Positions 25,809 to 35,068 of a DNA stretch of 48,841 nt are shown here, piece by piece. The notes under the pieces are model-generated. The model was not told the origin of the DNA and did no database searches. It saw nothing but the letters and a program-made list of their open reading frames with translations. The stretch is taken from the NCBI GenBank assembly GCA_018992565.1, contig JACVGW010000006.1:2441-51281 (forward strand), written 5' to 3'. This DNA is from Theionarchaea archaeon. Its GTDB lineage: Archaea > Methanobacteriota_B > Thermococci > Methanofastidiosales > SZ-28-30. The position numbers were made by a program, and so were the translations under genes. Numbering within the stretch: the first letter of the stretch is position 1; every line of letters starts with the position of its first letter.

Positions 25809-27456
25809 CCACAGCCACAGAGTACACTTTTCCAAGATCAAGCTCAAAACAGGCAGCGGGAACCTCCAGGCCCCATGCCAGTAGGACTTCAGGAGTTACC
25901 TCTCCAATAATTCCCACCTTTTCCCCCATGACAATGGATCCACATCGTCCTTTAATGAAGGCAGGATGTTCAGTGAGCTCAAGAGTAACAGGTGTTCCCA
26001 CATTCTGAGCAAGGGCTTTGAGTATTTCCTTGGCTTCGGTGAAGGATGCTTTGGGGTGGCACAGTACCACAGCAAGATGATATTCCTCTTCAGTGCGTTC
26101 CTGAGCTTTTGAAGAGGGGAGGATTACTTCTCCCACTTCGAAGATATTCTGCGGATATTCATAGTGTTTATTTGATGAAAGCGTGTACAACATCTCAGGA
26201 AGGAGCCAGGATCGCAGCACATTGTATTCAGCTGTCACTGCATTTACCACCTCTACCACATCCTCTGCAATGAGGGTTTTCGCAAAGAATTCCCGTGAGG
26301 TCAGGTAGTAATTCTTTACTTCCAGCAAGCTGAACCCGTTCATTAAATGGGCAACCTTTCTGACGAATACCTCCAGGGGGTCCTCTTCACCAATAGTAGA
26401 AACTCTGGGTATGACAGGCTCCATCTTATCCAGGCCGTAGGCTTTTGCAACATCCTCTATGATATCAACAGGGTGAAGGATGTCTGCCCTGTAGGGAGGT
26501 ATTCTGGCTGTGTGTCCTTCCAGGGAGCACCGCATCCGTTCAAGGTAGGATCTGACTTGTTCCCAGGTTAATGTGAGACCCAGCCACCTGTTGACGTAAT
26601 CCAGGTCAACTTCCATCTCCTGGGGGTTCAATTCAGGATACCAGCGTTCTTTTCCCTGTTCATGGACATGCACTGCATGAATAGTCCCACCTCTCCTGGC
26701 CAGACTGCACACCAGTATATTCAGGGCCTGTTCCAGGGCCTGCCGGGAATATCCCGTGACATCCAGGAAGAGATGTTTCGTGTCTTTTTCAACCTTGGTG
26801 TCTTCAGAATTGATTATGGGGGGCATTGACAGGACAGTCCCCTTCTTATCGAGCCACAGGGGATATTCAGAATAGTCTTTGAGTAGGTGAGCGAATTCAA
26901 TCCCTTTCTTATGGCTGGTGAGTATCTCCTCCAGGCTTAGATCGGAATACCATTCGAGAGGGACAAACCTGAAATCGAGAGGGCGGGTTGTATAGGTGAC
27001 GGGAAATTCTATTTTGTCCAGATCATGCACCCCTATGGCAACCTTCTTTCTGTTCCGTCCATGGGTTATGTGCAGTTTCTCCTGCACCTGCATCAGGGAT
27101 TTCACTGCCCCATCAGACAGGCGAACATCCCGAACCACAGCACACACTGCAAAGGGTCTCACGAGAGCCACCTTCTCATCAATGTATGCAGTATAGCGTT
27201 CTTTCCCTTTGTCAGGTCTTGTCACGTGAAAATCGGGAAGCCCCGTCCTGATGCCAAGGTATCCCTCCAGGGCCATGACAAATCCTTCTGTTGACAGCAT
27301 ATCAGGGCGATCGGGGAATATTTCCACTTCAATAGTATCTGAGACCTGCCTCAGGTCTGTGCCCATCATAGATATATTGTGAGCCAGATCATCATCAGAG
27401 ATGGGCTTTCCCAGAAGGTCCAGTACGTCCTGTTTATCAAGAGTTATGAGAGGCAT
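25801..27456 (-). CDS. pheT: Phenylalanine--tRNA ligase beta subunit (archaeal type)
   Basis: PDRPDMLS, QEKLH...GRNRKKVAIGVHD, SMPPIINS, PPYRADILHPVDIIEDVA, YPQNIFEVG. Confidence 0.96.
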   Translation of the reverse strand: MPLITLDKQDVLDLLGKPISDDDLAHNISMMGTDLRQVSDTIEVEIFPDRPDMLSTEGFVMALEGYLGIRTGLPDFHVTRPDKGKERYTAYIDEKVALVRPFAVCAVVRDVRLSDGAVKSLMQVQEKLHITHGRNRKKVAIGVHDLDKIEFPVTYTTRPLDFRFVPLEWYSDLSLEEILTSHKKGIEFAHLLKDYSEYPLWLDKKGTVLSMPPIINSEDTKVEKDTKHLFLDVTGYSRQALEQALNILVCSLARRGGTIHAVHVHEQGKERWYPELNPQEMEVDLDYVNRWLGLTLTWEQVRSYLERMRCSLEGHTARIPPYRADILHPVDIIEDVAKAYGLDKMEPVIPRVSTIGEEDPLEVFVRKVAHLMNGFSLLEVKNYYLTSREFFAKTLIAEDVVEVVNAVTAEYNVLRSWLLPEMLYTLSSNKHYEYPQNIFEVGEVILPSSKAQERTEEEYHLAVVLCHPKASFTEAKEILKALAQNVGTPVTLELTEHPAFIKGRCGSIVMGEKVGIIGEVTPEVLLAWGLEVPAACFELDLGKVYSVAVAT

Positions 27457-27457
27457 G

Positions 27458-28945
27458 TCACCACATCCACAATTTCAGGTCTCTGATCTGCTTGAGGTCA
27501 TTCTTATACAAATCCCTCAAATCAGTTATCCTGTAGTAGTCCATAATGATCCTTCCAAATCCAGGTCCCCACGCCAGTACGGGGATGTCCTCTCCCAGGA
27601 GAGGTACGACTACTTCTGGTCTGAATACTCCTGACCCGATCAATTCCACCCATTCTCTGGTGCGTGGGTTGTACACTTCTGCTTCCACTGAGGGCTCTGT
27701 ATAAGGGAAGTAGGCTGGTCTGAACCTGAAGTTCTGTATTCCCATCTTCTGAAGGAACCGTGCTAGATACCCCAGGAGATTCCTCAGGTTGACACCTTCA
27801 CCAACTACTATCCCGTCTGTCTGGTAGAATTCTGCCAGATGGCTCCAGTCAGGTTTCTCATTTCTGAAGCATTTCCCCACAGAGAAAAACTTCAAAGGCA
27901 AATCACTTTTCTTTATTGCCGCCAATGTTCTAGCCGATAGAACGGTAGTATGGGTTCGCAACACGAGTTTTTGGGCTTCTTTCTCATCCCATTGATAGTT
28001 CCACCCTGTTGAAGAGATCTCTCCTCCGTGTATGTGCATTGCTTTCACCCTTTCCACCAGAGAGTCATCAGGGAGGTCTGCTTCTCCTGCTACGAAGAAC
28101 GTATCCTGCATATCACGGGCAGGGTGGTCCTGGGGCTGAAAAAGAGCATCGAAGTTCCAGAATGCAGAGGATACCATGGGGCCTTTCATTTCTTTAAACC
28201 CCATCTCCAACCAGATCTTTCGGACGTATTCGATAGCCTGGTTGACAAAGTGCCTCTTGCCATAGGTGATGTCTCTCACGTCTGCTGTAATGTCGTACGG
28301 TCTGAACCCAGTGGCAACCCACTTTCGTTCTCGAATCACCTCCGGTGTCACCTGGGAGATTTGTTCTGTAAATTCAATGCCTTCTCTGATCTTCTGGGCT
28401 CCTTTCTGGGTTAGGATGATTTCTCTGTGTATTTTCTCTTTGACAGTGATTGCTTTCCTGGATTTTAATGTCTTGAGAGTCTCAGGAGAAAGCGTATCTC
28501 CTCCCATTCCTGATAGTATCCTGGCAAGGACTTCCTCTTCGGGCAGTCTTTGCTCCTGATATTCTCTTCCTCTTTCAGTGATCTTCAGAATGAGAGACTC
28601 ATCTTTTTTCAGAATATCAACGAGTCCTTTTCTCTTGAGCCATCCCAGGGCAATGGTCACTTCTGAAGGGTCCATTGAGGTATCTTTTACATCTAGTGTA
28701 TCAGTCGTTCTGAGAAGGTCGAGGATCTTTCTTTCAGGGAGCTTCTGAGAGAGGCGTTCACCCTCCCTTGTCAGCTCAACGACAGACTCTGTGCGCTCAT
28801 GAATTTCTGCTAGGTTGGTGTCCTGTAAAGTGAGGGCACTCCTCATGATAGCCACTTCAGGGAGCTGTGTCTTCTCCATCAATTCCTGAATGTCACCAGT
28901 TTCCTCTAGGGCCAGCAATACCTTCTTATCTTGTACAGTTAACAT
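27458..28945 (-). CDS. pheS: Phenylalanine--tRNA ligase alpha subunit (archaeal type, N-terminal winged-helix extension)
   Basis: FWNFDALFQPQDHPARDMQDTF, LRTHTT, FRNE, HLAEFYQ, FRPAYFPYTEPS, AWGPG. Confidence 0.96.
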   Translation of the reverse strand: MLTVQDKKVLLALEETGDIQELMEKTQLPEVAIMRSALTLQDTNLAEIHERTESVVELTREGERLSQKLPERKILDLLRTTDTLDVKDTSMDPSEVTIALGWLKRKGLVDILKKDESLILKITERGREYQEQRLPEEEVLARILSGMGGDTLSPETLKTLKSRKAITVKEKIHREIILTQKGAQKIREGIEFTEQISQVTPEVIRERKWVATGFRPYDITADVRDITYGKRHFVNQAIEYVRKIWLEMGFKEMKGPMVSSAFWNFDALFQPQDHPARDMQDTFFVAGEADLPDDSLVERVKAMHIHGGEISSTGWNYQWDEKEAQKLVLRTHTTVLSARTLAAIKKSDLPLKFFSVGKCFRNEKPDWSHLAEFYQTDGIVVGEGVNLRNLLGYLARFLQKMGIQNFRFRPAYFPYTEPSVEAEVYNPRTREWVELIGSGVFRPEVVVPLLGEDIPVLAWGPGFGRIIMDYYRITDLRDLYKNDLKQIRDLKLWMW

Positions 28946-29200
28946 GAAAACACCTCAGAATAAGTGGTTGAGTCTATTTCGGGCCGACATATCAAAATTG
29001 GCACATATCACACACCTTTGGAGCCAGTATTGTGGGAGACTTATAAAGGTTGTGGTTGCTGTTACTGGTGGTTGTTGCTATTAACCCCAGCAGCACTGAA
29101 TGAGAATAGTGAAAGCATGGCATCTCAACAGGATAGAGGACAAAGAAATAATTTGGCATGCCTAACCAACCTTTAAAAGCACCATAAAGAGGTATCTGTC

Positions 29201-30337
29201 ATGGAAGCTCTCACAGAAAGAGAAAGGGCACATTACGGATATTTGGAGGGTGGAGTAAGCATAGTGGTCAATTTATCACTCTCCTTTCTCAAATTTGGGG
29301 TTGGATTTTACATTAATTCAATCGCTCTCATTGCAGATGGATTCCATTCCCTATCAGACATCCTAACATCCCTTGTGGTTATTCTAGGATTCAGATTCTC
29401 TCAGCAGCCACCAGATAAAGAACATCCCTTCGGTCATGGGCGCTATGAAGATATTACCTCATTGACTATAGCAATCTTGCTGGCTGTAGTAGGAGCTCAA
29501 TTCTTTATATCCTCAGTGGAGCGTCTCTATCACCCCGAAGTTGTCAAGGGGAGTTTCCTCTTCTTCTTGGTTATACTTCTGGCTGCTGCGGCAAAAGAAC
29601 TCTTGGCTCGCTATTCTTTGTATCTTTCCCGTAAGATAGGCTCTCATGCCCTGCTTGCAGATGCCTGGCACCACAGAAGCGATGCTCTGACATCTGTTCC
29701 TGTAGCCTTCGGTATACTGGCTTCAACGTATGGTTACTACTGGGTGGATGCTCTTTCAGGGATAGTACTCTCTGGAGTCATTGTGTATTTTAGCTTTACA
29801 CTGGCCCGGGATGCGGCCAGCCGATTGCTGGGAAAGGCTCCTCCAGATGAGGTCATCTCTCAGATCAAGAGACTTGCTTCATACCCAAGAGTTACTGATA
29901 TACACAGTATCAACGTCCACAACTATGGGGAAAGAAAGGTCATTTCCCTGCACATGCAGGTTGAACCTATGGGACTAGAAGAAGCTCACGCCATTGCAGA
30001 TATAGTGGAACAGAGAATCGCAGAAGGACTGAATGCGTCTGTTGTGGTACACATTGATGGATCCACTGTAGATGAGTCCATGAAAGAAGAAATCTCGAAG
30101 ATTGTTGAGGCACATGACGACGTTGTGTCCTGTCATGCTGTTGATATCGGGCAGAAGATTGACTTTCATATTCTAGTGGACAAGAACATGAGATTGCAGG
30201 AGGCTCACGATCTCGCTCACCATCTCGAGAATGACATTTCAAGAAAGTTCAAAAAGGAGGTGGTCATTCACGTGGAGCCCTGTTCCCACGTGTGCAATGA
30301 CTGCAGTCAGAAATGCGATGTACGGTCCGCCCAGTGA
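29201..30337 (+). CDS. Cation diffusion facilitator (FieF-like) transporter with duplicated C-terminal domain
   Basis: SIALIADGFHSLSD, PPDKEHPFGHGRYE, ADAWHHRSD; two EAH...(V/I)H(I/V)(D/E) cytoplasmic domains; AACCTTTAAAAG TATA upstream. Confidence 0.92.
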   Translation: MEALTERERAHYGYLEGGVSIVVNLSLSFLKFGVGFYINSIALIADGFHSLSDILTSLVVILGFRFSQQPPDKEHPFGHGRYEDITSLTIAILLAVVGAQFFISSVERLYHPEVVKGSFLFFLVILLAAAAKELLARYSLYLSRKIGSHALLADAWHHRSDALTSVPVAFGILASTYGYYWVDALSGIVLSGVIVYFSFTLARDAASRLLGKAPPDEVISQIKRLASYPRVTDIHSINVHNYGERKVISLHMQVEPMGLEEAHAIADIVEQRIAEGLNASVVVHIDGSTVDESMKEEISKIVEAHDDVVSCHAVDIGQKIDFHILVDKNMRLQEAHDLAHHLENDISRKFKKEVVIHVEPCSHVCNDCSQKCDVRSAQ

Positions 30338-30400
30338 CTTTTTCGACACCTGGATGATTCAACAGAAATATTCATAAGACCTCCCTATGAATGCATCATA

Positions 30401-31237
30401 ATGATCATCAAGAGATTAGAAACTTCTGAAGAGTACATTGCGTGCGAAAAGACCATGAAAGAAATCTGGAAATTTGATGATCGTGATGTCATTCCTCACC
30501 ACATACTCAAACCAATCAATGAGAATGGTGGACTCGTACTGGGTGCATTTGACAATGGGCTAATGGTTGGCCTGTTAGTGGGATTTCTTGCTTACTACAA
30601 GGGGAAACTCCATCACCACTCCCATGTAACAGGTGTTCTCAATAGATACAAAGGAGTGGGATACCAGCTAAAGCAGAAGCAGAGGGAATTTGTGATCTCC
30701 CAAGGGCTTGAACTGGTCACCTGGACATTTGATCCACTGCAGAGTTCAAATGCATATTTCAACTTTGCAAAACTGGGCGTAGTGAGCAATACGTACCTCG
30801 AGGACTACTATGGCAAGATGAGAGATTCCTTAAACGAAGGATTGGTCTCTGATCGATTCCTGGTGGAGTGGTGGATCACGGCTGATGATGTGGTGCGCCG
30901 AATTGAAGGTACCTTCCAGCAGCCCCGTCTTGATAAGATTTCCAAAGTGGGAATTATCAATACAACTGAAAGCCGAGACGGGTTCAGGAAGTGTGCATCG
31001 CTCGACCTGAAGTTGACCAACAGGAGACTGCTTTTGGAAATACCTTCAGACATCACCCTTGTCAAAGAGAAGAATATGGATGTGGCTCACGAATGGCGTG
31101 ATGTCACCAGGCGAATATTTGAAACGTACTTTTCTGCAGGGTATTCCGTTTACAACGTGGCATCAGAAATAAAGAACAAGGAGAGGAGAACTTACTATCT
31201 GTTGCGGAAGGATGTTCATGAAAATAGAGGAAGTTGA
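30401..31237 (+). CDS. GNAT-family N-acyltransferase (putative D-amino acid N-succinyl/acetyltransferase)
   Basis: NGGLVLGAF, HSHVTGV, GYQLKQKQR, WTFDPLQSSNAYFN, SDRFLVEW; overlaps the NSAR/OSBS gene. Confidence 0.82.
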   Translation: MIIKRLETSEEYIACEKTMKEIWKFDDRDVIPHHILKPINENGGLVLGAFDNGLMVGLLVGFLAYYKGKLHHHSHVTGVLNRYKGVGYQLKQKQREFVISQGLELVTWTFDPLQSSNAYFNFAKLGVVSNTYLEDYYGKMRDSLNEGLVSDRFLVEWWITADDVVRRIEGTFQQPRLDKISKVGIINTTESRDGFRKCASLDLKLTNRRLLLEIPSDITLVKEKNMDVAHEWRDVTRRIFETYFSAGYSVYNVASEIKNKERRTYYLLRKDVHENRGS

Positions 31238-32321
31238 GTTACGGATTGTTGAGATCCCCTATGTTAGCCCCTTTGAAACCAGTTTTGGAAGGGAACAGAA
31301 AAATCAAGAAGTTATTGTGCGCCTTTACAGCGGAGATGAGGAAGGATTCGGCGAATGCGTAGCTCTGGACAAACCCTCTTATTCATATGAGACAGTGAAA
31401 ACTGAATGGCACATTCTGGAAGATTTCATTATACCGGAAGTGAAACTCCGGGATTTTGAAACTCCGGAGGAAATTCAAGAAATATATAGGGGGATTCGAG
31501 GACACCCGATGGCCAAGGCTGGATTTGAAGAAGCATTGTATGATCTCTACGCAAAACAGAAGGGAGTATCATTATCACAGGTTCTGGGAGGAACAAAATC
31601 CGCCATTGAAAGTGGGGTGAGTATAGGCATTGATACAATGGATGTCCTCCTGAAGAATATCGCCGAAAAATGGGGGGAAGGGTACAGGAGAATTAAGATC
31701 AAGATCAAACCGGGATGGGATGTCCAGGTGGTAAAGAGGATCAGAAGAGAGATGGGAGATATACCGTTAATGGTTGATGCTAATGCTGCCTACACGCTGG
31801 ATGATATGAATGTTATGAAAGAGCTGGATCAATATGAGTTGATGATGATCGAACAGCCCTTGGGCCATGATGATCTGTATGATCACGCTGCACTTCAGAA
31901 GGAACTGACCACTCCAATCTGTCTTGACGAGTCTGTTGAATCCATCAAGGATGCAGAGATAGCCTTGAAGATGGGAAGCTGCAGAATAATCAATATCAAG
32001 CATGGACGTGTGGGCGGGCTATCAGCTTCCAAGAAGATCCATGATCTGTGTGTAAAGAGCAAAATACCTGTCTGGGCCGGCGGCATGCTGGAATTTGGCG
32101 TAGGAAGGGCCACAAATATTGCGCTCAGCTCCTTGCCTGGGTTTTGCCTGCCAAATGATATTTCAGCCACTGATCGGTACTATCATGAGGATATTACAGA
32201 TTCATTTGTACTGAACCCGGATGGAACTATCACTGTTCCCGATGGGCCAGGAATCGGTGTGCAGGTTTATGATGACATACTGGAGAAGTACACAGTAGAA
32301 CGAAAGAAATTCTCATTTTGA
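31218..32321 (+). CDS. menC: N-succinylamino acid racemase / o-succinylbenzoate synthase (enolase superfamily, NSAR/OSBS subfamily)
   Basis: PFETSFG, KIKIKPGWD, DANAAY, IEQPL, LDES, INIKHGRVGG, GGMLEFG, PNDISAT. Confidence 0.87.
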   Translation: MKIEEVELRIVEIPYVSPFETSFGREQKNQEVIVRLYSGDEEGFGECVALDKPSYSYETVKTEWHILEDFIIPEVKLRDFETPEEIQEIYRGIRGHPMAKAGFEEALYDLYAKQKGVSLSQVLGGTKSAIESGVSIGIDTMDVLLKNIAEKWGEGYRRIKIKIKPGWDVQVVKRIRREMGDIPLMVDANAAYTLDDMNVMKELDQYELMMIEQPLGHDDLYDHAALQKELTTPICLDESVESIKDAEIALKMGSCRIINIKHGRVGGLSASKKIHDLCVKSKIPVWAGGMLEFGVGRATNIALSSLPGFCLPNDISATDRYYHEDITDSFVLNPDGTITVPDGPGIGVQVYDDILEKYTVERKKFSF

Positions 32322-32496
32322 ATTCCTGTAATCCCTGTTAGAAGGACATATTGGCTCAGGCATGAATGAGCAGGGCTCCTTTCTCAGACTACTCTACGCG
32401 GACTGCCTCAGCGGAAATCCTCTTGAAGAATAATTCTAGAAGAGTCATACGAAACCCCTCGATACTGTATTGATAATCATGGGTTATCCTGGACTA

Positions 32497-33474
32497 TCAC
32501 CTGGCTGGCTCAGACACCGCTGACAAGTTTCCCATTCTCACATTCTTGAGCCCTGTATTTCGCACGACTTCATATGCACACACCATTTCATCATATGTGG
32601 GGGATCTTTCCGTCATCTTGTAACTGGGGAAGGAGGCCAGCAGTGTGAAAGGTATTCTCGGATCAACTTCTACCAGTAGCTGGGCGATGTGTTCAATCTG
32701 GTCTATTTCCACCCAGGAAGGTATATATAATGTCGAAACCTCCAGAACGAATCCCATATGCTTAATCTCCCATGGCAATTCCAGTATGAACTTGTTGGAG
32801 ACACCAGTCAACATCTTGTGAATGGTATCCTTAAATGCTTTCATATTCAGCCTGAAAGAGTCTACCCCTGCCTTCTTGAGGATATCCAGATTCTTAGGAG
32901 TCAATCCAAATCCATTGGTCTCTATGAGAACATACAGATCTGTCTGTTTCTTGATTAACCTGGTACATTTGGCATAGAATTCGGGACAACAGGTTAAGTC
33001 TCCTCCTGTGAATCCGATAATATTGCGTGCCGGCCCCCATCCCTGTGGCGTGAGGATGACCTGTGTGGGATCAACAACACCTGGACATGATCGTGGCCTC
33101 ACATCAGTAACACATCTTCCACATCCTTTGCACATGTCAGCCCCATGGTAGGAGGTCACCCGCTCCTTTTTCTCACTGTAGGTAACCTGAAGTTCATAGC
33201 TTCTGGCCAGATCCAGGACTTCAGAGGGAGAGAGCCAGTGCCCTGTAGCCACCTGAGTGAACTCATGAGAATGGCAATTTAGACAGGTGAAGCTGCATCC
33301 AGACTGATACACAGAGAAGTAGTGTTCTGGCCTGGATAGGTGGGCGCTCTTTACCAGCCTGTACACTGTCTCCTGGTTCAGGGAAGTAGCTTCACATGCA
33401 GGAATCATCCGGCTCCCACTCTTTGTGATGCAGCTTCCTCTGGCATATCCCTGGTGTTCAAGGTTGCACATCAT
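32497..33474 (-). CDS. Radical SAM protein (PFL-activase-like family)
   Basis: QSGCSFTCLNCH, FTGGD, ETNG, plus an extra CKGCGRC...C cluster; start set to MMCNL about 25 nt behind GAAACCTTTATG. Confidence 0.85.
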   Translation of the reverse strand: MMCNLEHQGYARGSCITKSGSRMIPACEATSLNQETVYRLVKSAHLSRPEHYFSVYQSGCSFTCLNCHSHEFTQVATGHWLSPSEVLDLARSYELQVTYSEKKERVTSYHGADMCKGCGRCVTDVRPRSCPGVVDPTQVILTPQGWGPARNIIGFTGGDLTCCPEFYAKCTRLIKKQTDLYVLIETNGFGLTPKNLDILKKAGVDSFRLNMKAFKDTIHKMLTGVSNKFILELPWEIKHMGFVLEVSTLYIPSWVEIDQIEHIAQLLVEVDPRIPFTLLASFPSYKMTERSPTYDEMVCAYEVVRNTGLKNVRMGNLSAVSEPAR

Positions 33475-33570
33475 CTTCCAATACCGGATATGAACATAAA
33501 GGTTTCCAATTCGCAGAGTCCTGCAACCTGTCACAGAAATACTTATAAATTAGGTCCCCCTTCATGCCGT

Positions 33571-34797
33571 ATGATTGGGAACCTCAAGTATGTAGCGCTG
33601 TTCATGATTCTGATAGCTGCAGTGTCTTCTGTATCTCCTGACGAAACCTTCATTTCAGTAGATCGAGGATGCGGCTCTTCCTACTTTGCGGGAGAATCCA
33701 TTCTCGTTACCTACCAGGTGAAGGCAGAACCTTCAGACACTGTCCTCATTACCATCAAGGAAATCCTTCCCGATTCCACACTCAGTGTACTTGTTTCGAA
33801 CAGAAAGACTGAGCCAAATACCCTGTATACCATGAGAATGTTTGCACAGCCAATATATGGAAGAGAGACCTTGCTTTTAGAATATGTGGTGAGATCAGAC
33901 ACAGAAAGCTCATGGCATGCCACTGAATGCTCTTTCCATATCAAAGAAGGTAATTATGAAACAGGATCTCTGAAAATTCAATGTAGTCAAACTGGATTTG
34001 ACATGTACCTGGATGACGCTTTTGTCGCCCATTCTGAGTCAGAGACAGTACAGATTGATGGGATTATTGGAGGAGGACATACCCTCAAAGTAACAAAACC
34101 CGGATGCAGCGACTATACAACACCTGTTACTGTCAACCCTGGACTAGTAGTCACATTAGAAATTACCCTCGACTGCACCATTAGAGACAGAGATGGAGAT
34201 CTCATTCCTGACTCAGAAGACAAATGCTATAACCCATTGTGCGACCTGGTGGATGAAGAAGGATGCCCCCTGGATAGTGATAGTGATGGCGTCAACGACT
34301 GCGAGGACATCTGTCCGGAAGAACATGGAGATAGAGAAAGCAGGGGATGTGCTTATGGAGACAGTGATGCAGACGGTGTTGCTGACAATCTGGACCAATG
34401 TGACAACCCAGAATGCGCCATTGTGGACGAGAAAGGATGCCCCAAAGACAGTGATGGAGATACTATTTCAGATTGTGAGGATGACTGCCCGCTGGAAGCA
34501 GGAGATAATCAGCATTTCGGCTGCCCGGAGCGGGATTCAGACGGAGATGGCATTGTAGATGATGAAGACCGGTGTTATAACCCAGACTGCATGATCATAG
34601 ATACTGTGGGTTGTCCTGTAGATACGGATAAGGATACAGTGCTGGACTGTGAAGATGAATGCCCTGAAGAGCCTGGAACGAGAGAGAATGCTGGATGCCC
34701 TCCACCAGAAGAAGAAAAAGACACTGGTGGTGCTGGCGGAGTCCTGGTGATTACCGGAATTATCCTGGCGTGGCTGGGAAGACGGGCTACTCGTTAA
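33571..34797 (+). CDS. Cell-surface protein: signal peptide, Ig-like and PEGA-like domains, thrombospondin type-3 repeats, C-terminal membrane anchor
   Basis: Start moved to MIGNLKYVALFMILIAAVSS behind a CTTATAAAT TATA; GGHTLKVTKPGCSDY PEGA-like; DxDxDG repeats; hydrophobic helix plus RRATR tail. Confidence 0.82.
   Translation: MIGNLKYVALFMILIAAVSSVSPDETFISVDRGCGSSYFAGESILVTYQVKAEPSDTVLITIKEILPDSTLSVLVSNRKTEPNTLYTMRMFAQPIYGRETLLLEYVVRSDTESSWHATECSFHIKEGNYETGSLKIQCSQTGFDMYLDDAFVAHSESETVQIDGIIGGGHTLKVTKPGCSDYTTPVTVNPGLVVTLEITLDCTIRDRDGDLIPDSEDKCYNPLCDLVDEEGCPLDSDSDGVNDCEDICPEEHGDRESRGCAYGDSDADGVADNLDQCDNPECAIVDEKGCPKDSDGDTISDCEDDCPLEAGDNQHFGCPERDSDGDGIVDDEDRCYNPDCMIIDTVGCPVDTDKDTVLDCEDECPEEPGTRENAGCPPPEEEKDTGGAGGVLVITGIILAWLGRRATR
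34186..34701 (+). repeat. Six coding TSP3-like Ca-binding repeats in (A-B)x3 arrangement
   Basis: Units of about 28-30 aa of the form DxDxDxxxDxxDxC...GC(P/A). Confidence 0.85.
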
Positions 34798-34975
34798 GAC
34801 ATTTCAAAGCATTTTCAGGACACACGGTAATACAAAGCCGACATACATTGCAGTATTCCATACTCTTAATTTCTTTTTTATCAATATCGAAAATCAGTGG
34901 GCCTTTGTGGCAGATTTCAACGCATTTTCCGCACTGCGTGCACCGGTCCTCTATTATATATAACTTCACACACAT
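34787..34975 (-). CDS. 2x[4Fe-4S] ferredoxin
   Basis: CTQCGKCVEIC and CNVCRLCITVCP; start shortened to ATG 34975 (or GTG 34969). Confidence 0.88.
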   Translation of the reverse strand: MCVKLYIIEDRCTQCGKCVEICHKGPLIFDIDKKEIKSMEYCNVCRLCITVCPENALKCLNE

Positions 34976-35068
34976 TCTCGGTTTCCTGCTATATATAGTA
35001 GATGTCATCCACACCTGCCAGTGAGTAGCAATGGACAACCTTTTTAACCATGACAAAAACCACTATAT

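Noticed and set aside
28964-29176. 70-aa ORF containing GCGCCYWW
   Set aside because: Spans the divergent pheS and CDF promoters, has no RBS, and is probably non-coding.
33340-33570. N-terminal extensions of the 485-aa and 345-aa track ORFs
   Set aside because: They overlap head-to-head; TATA boxes and a signal peptide support starts at 33571 (+) and 33474 (-).
34186-34701. Periodic sequence considered as a CRISPR or DNA repeat array
   Set aside because: Conservation is at the protein level (TSP3 repeats) with degenerate codons, and there are no cas genes.
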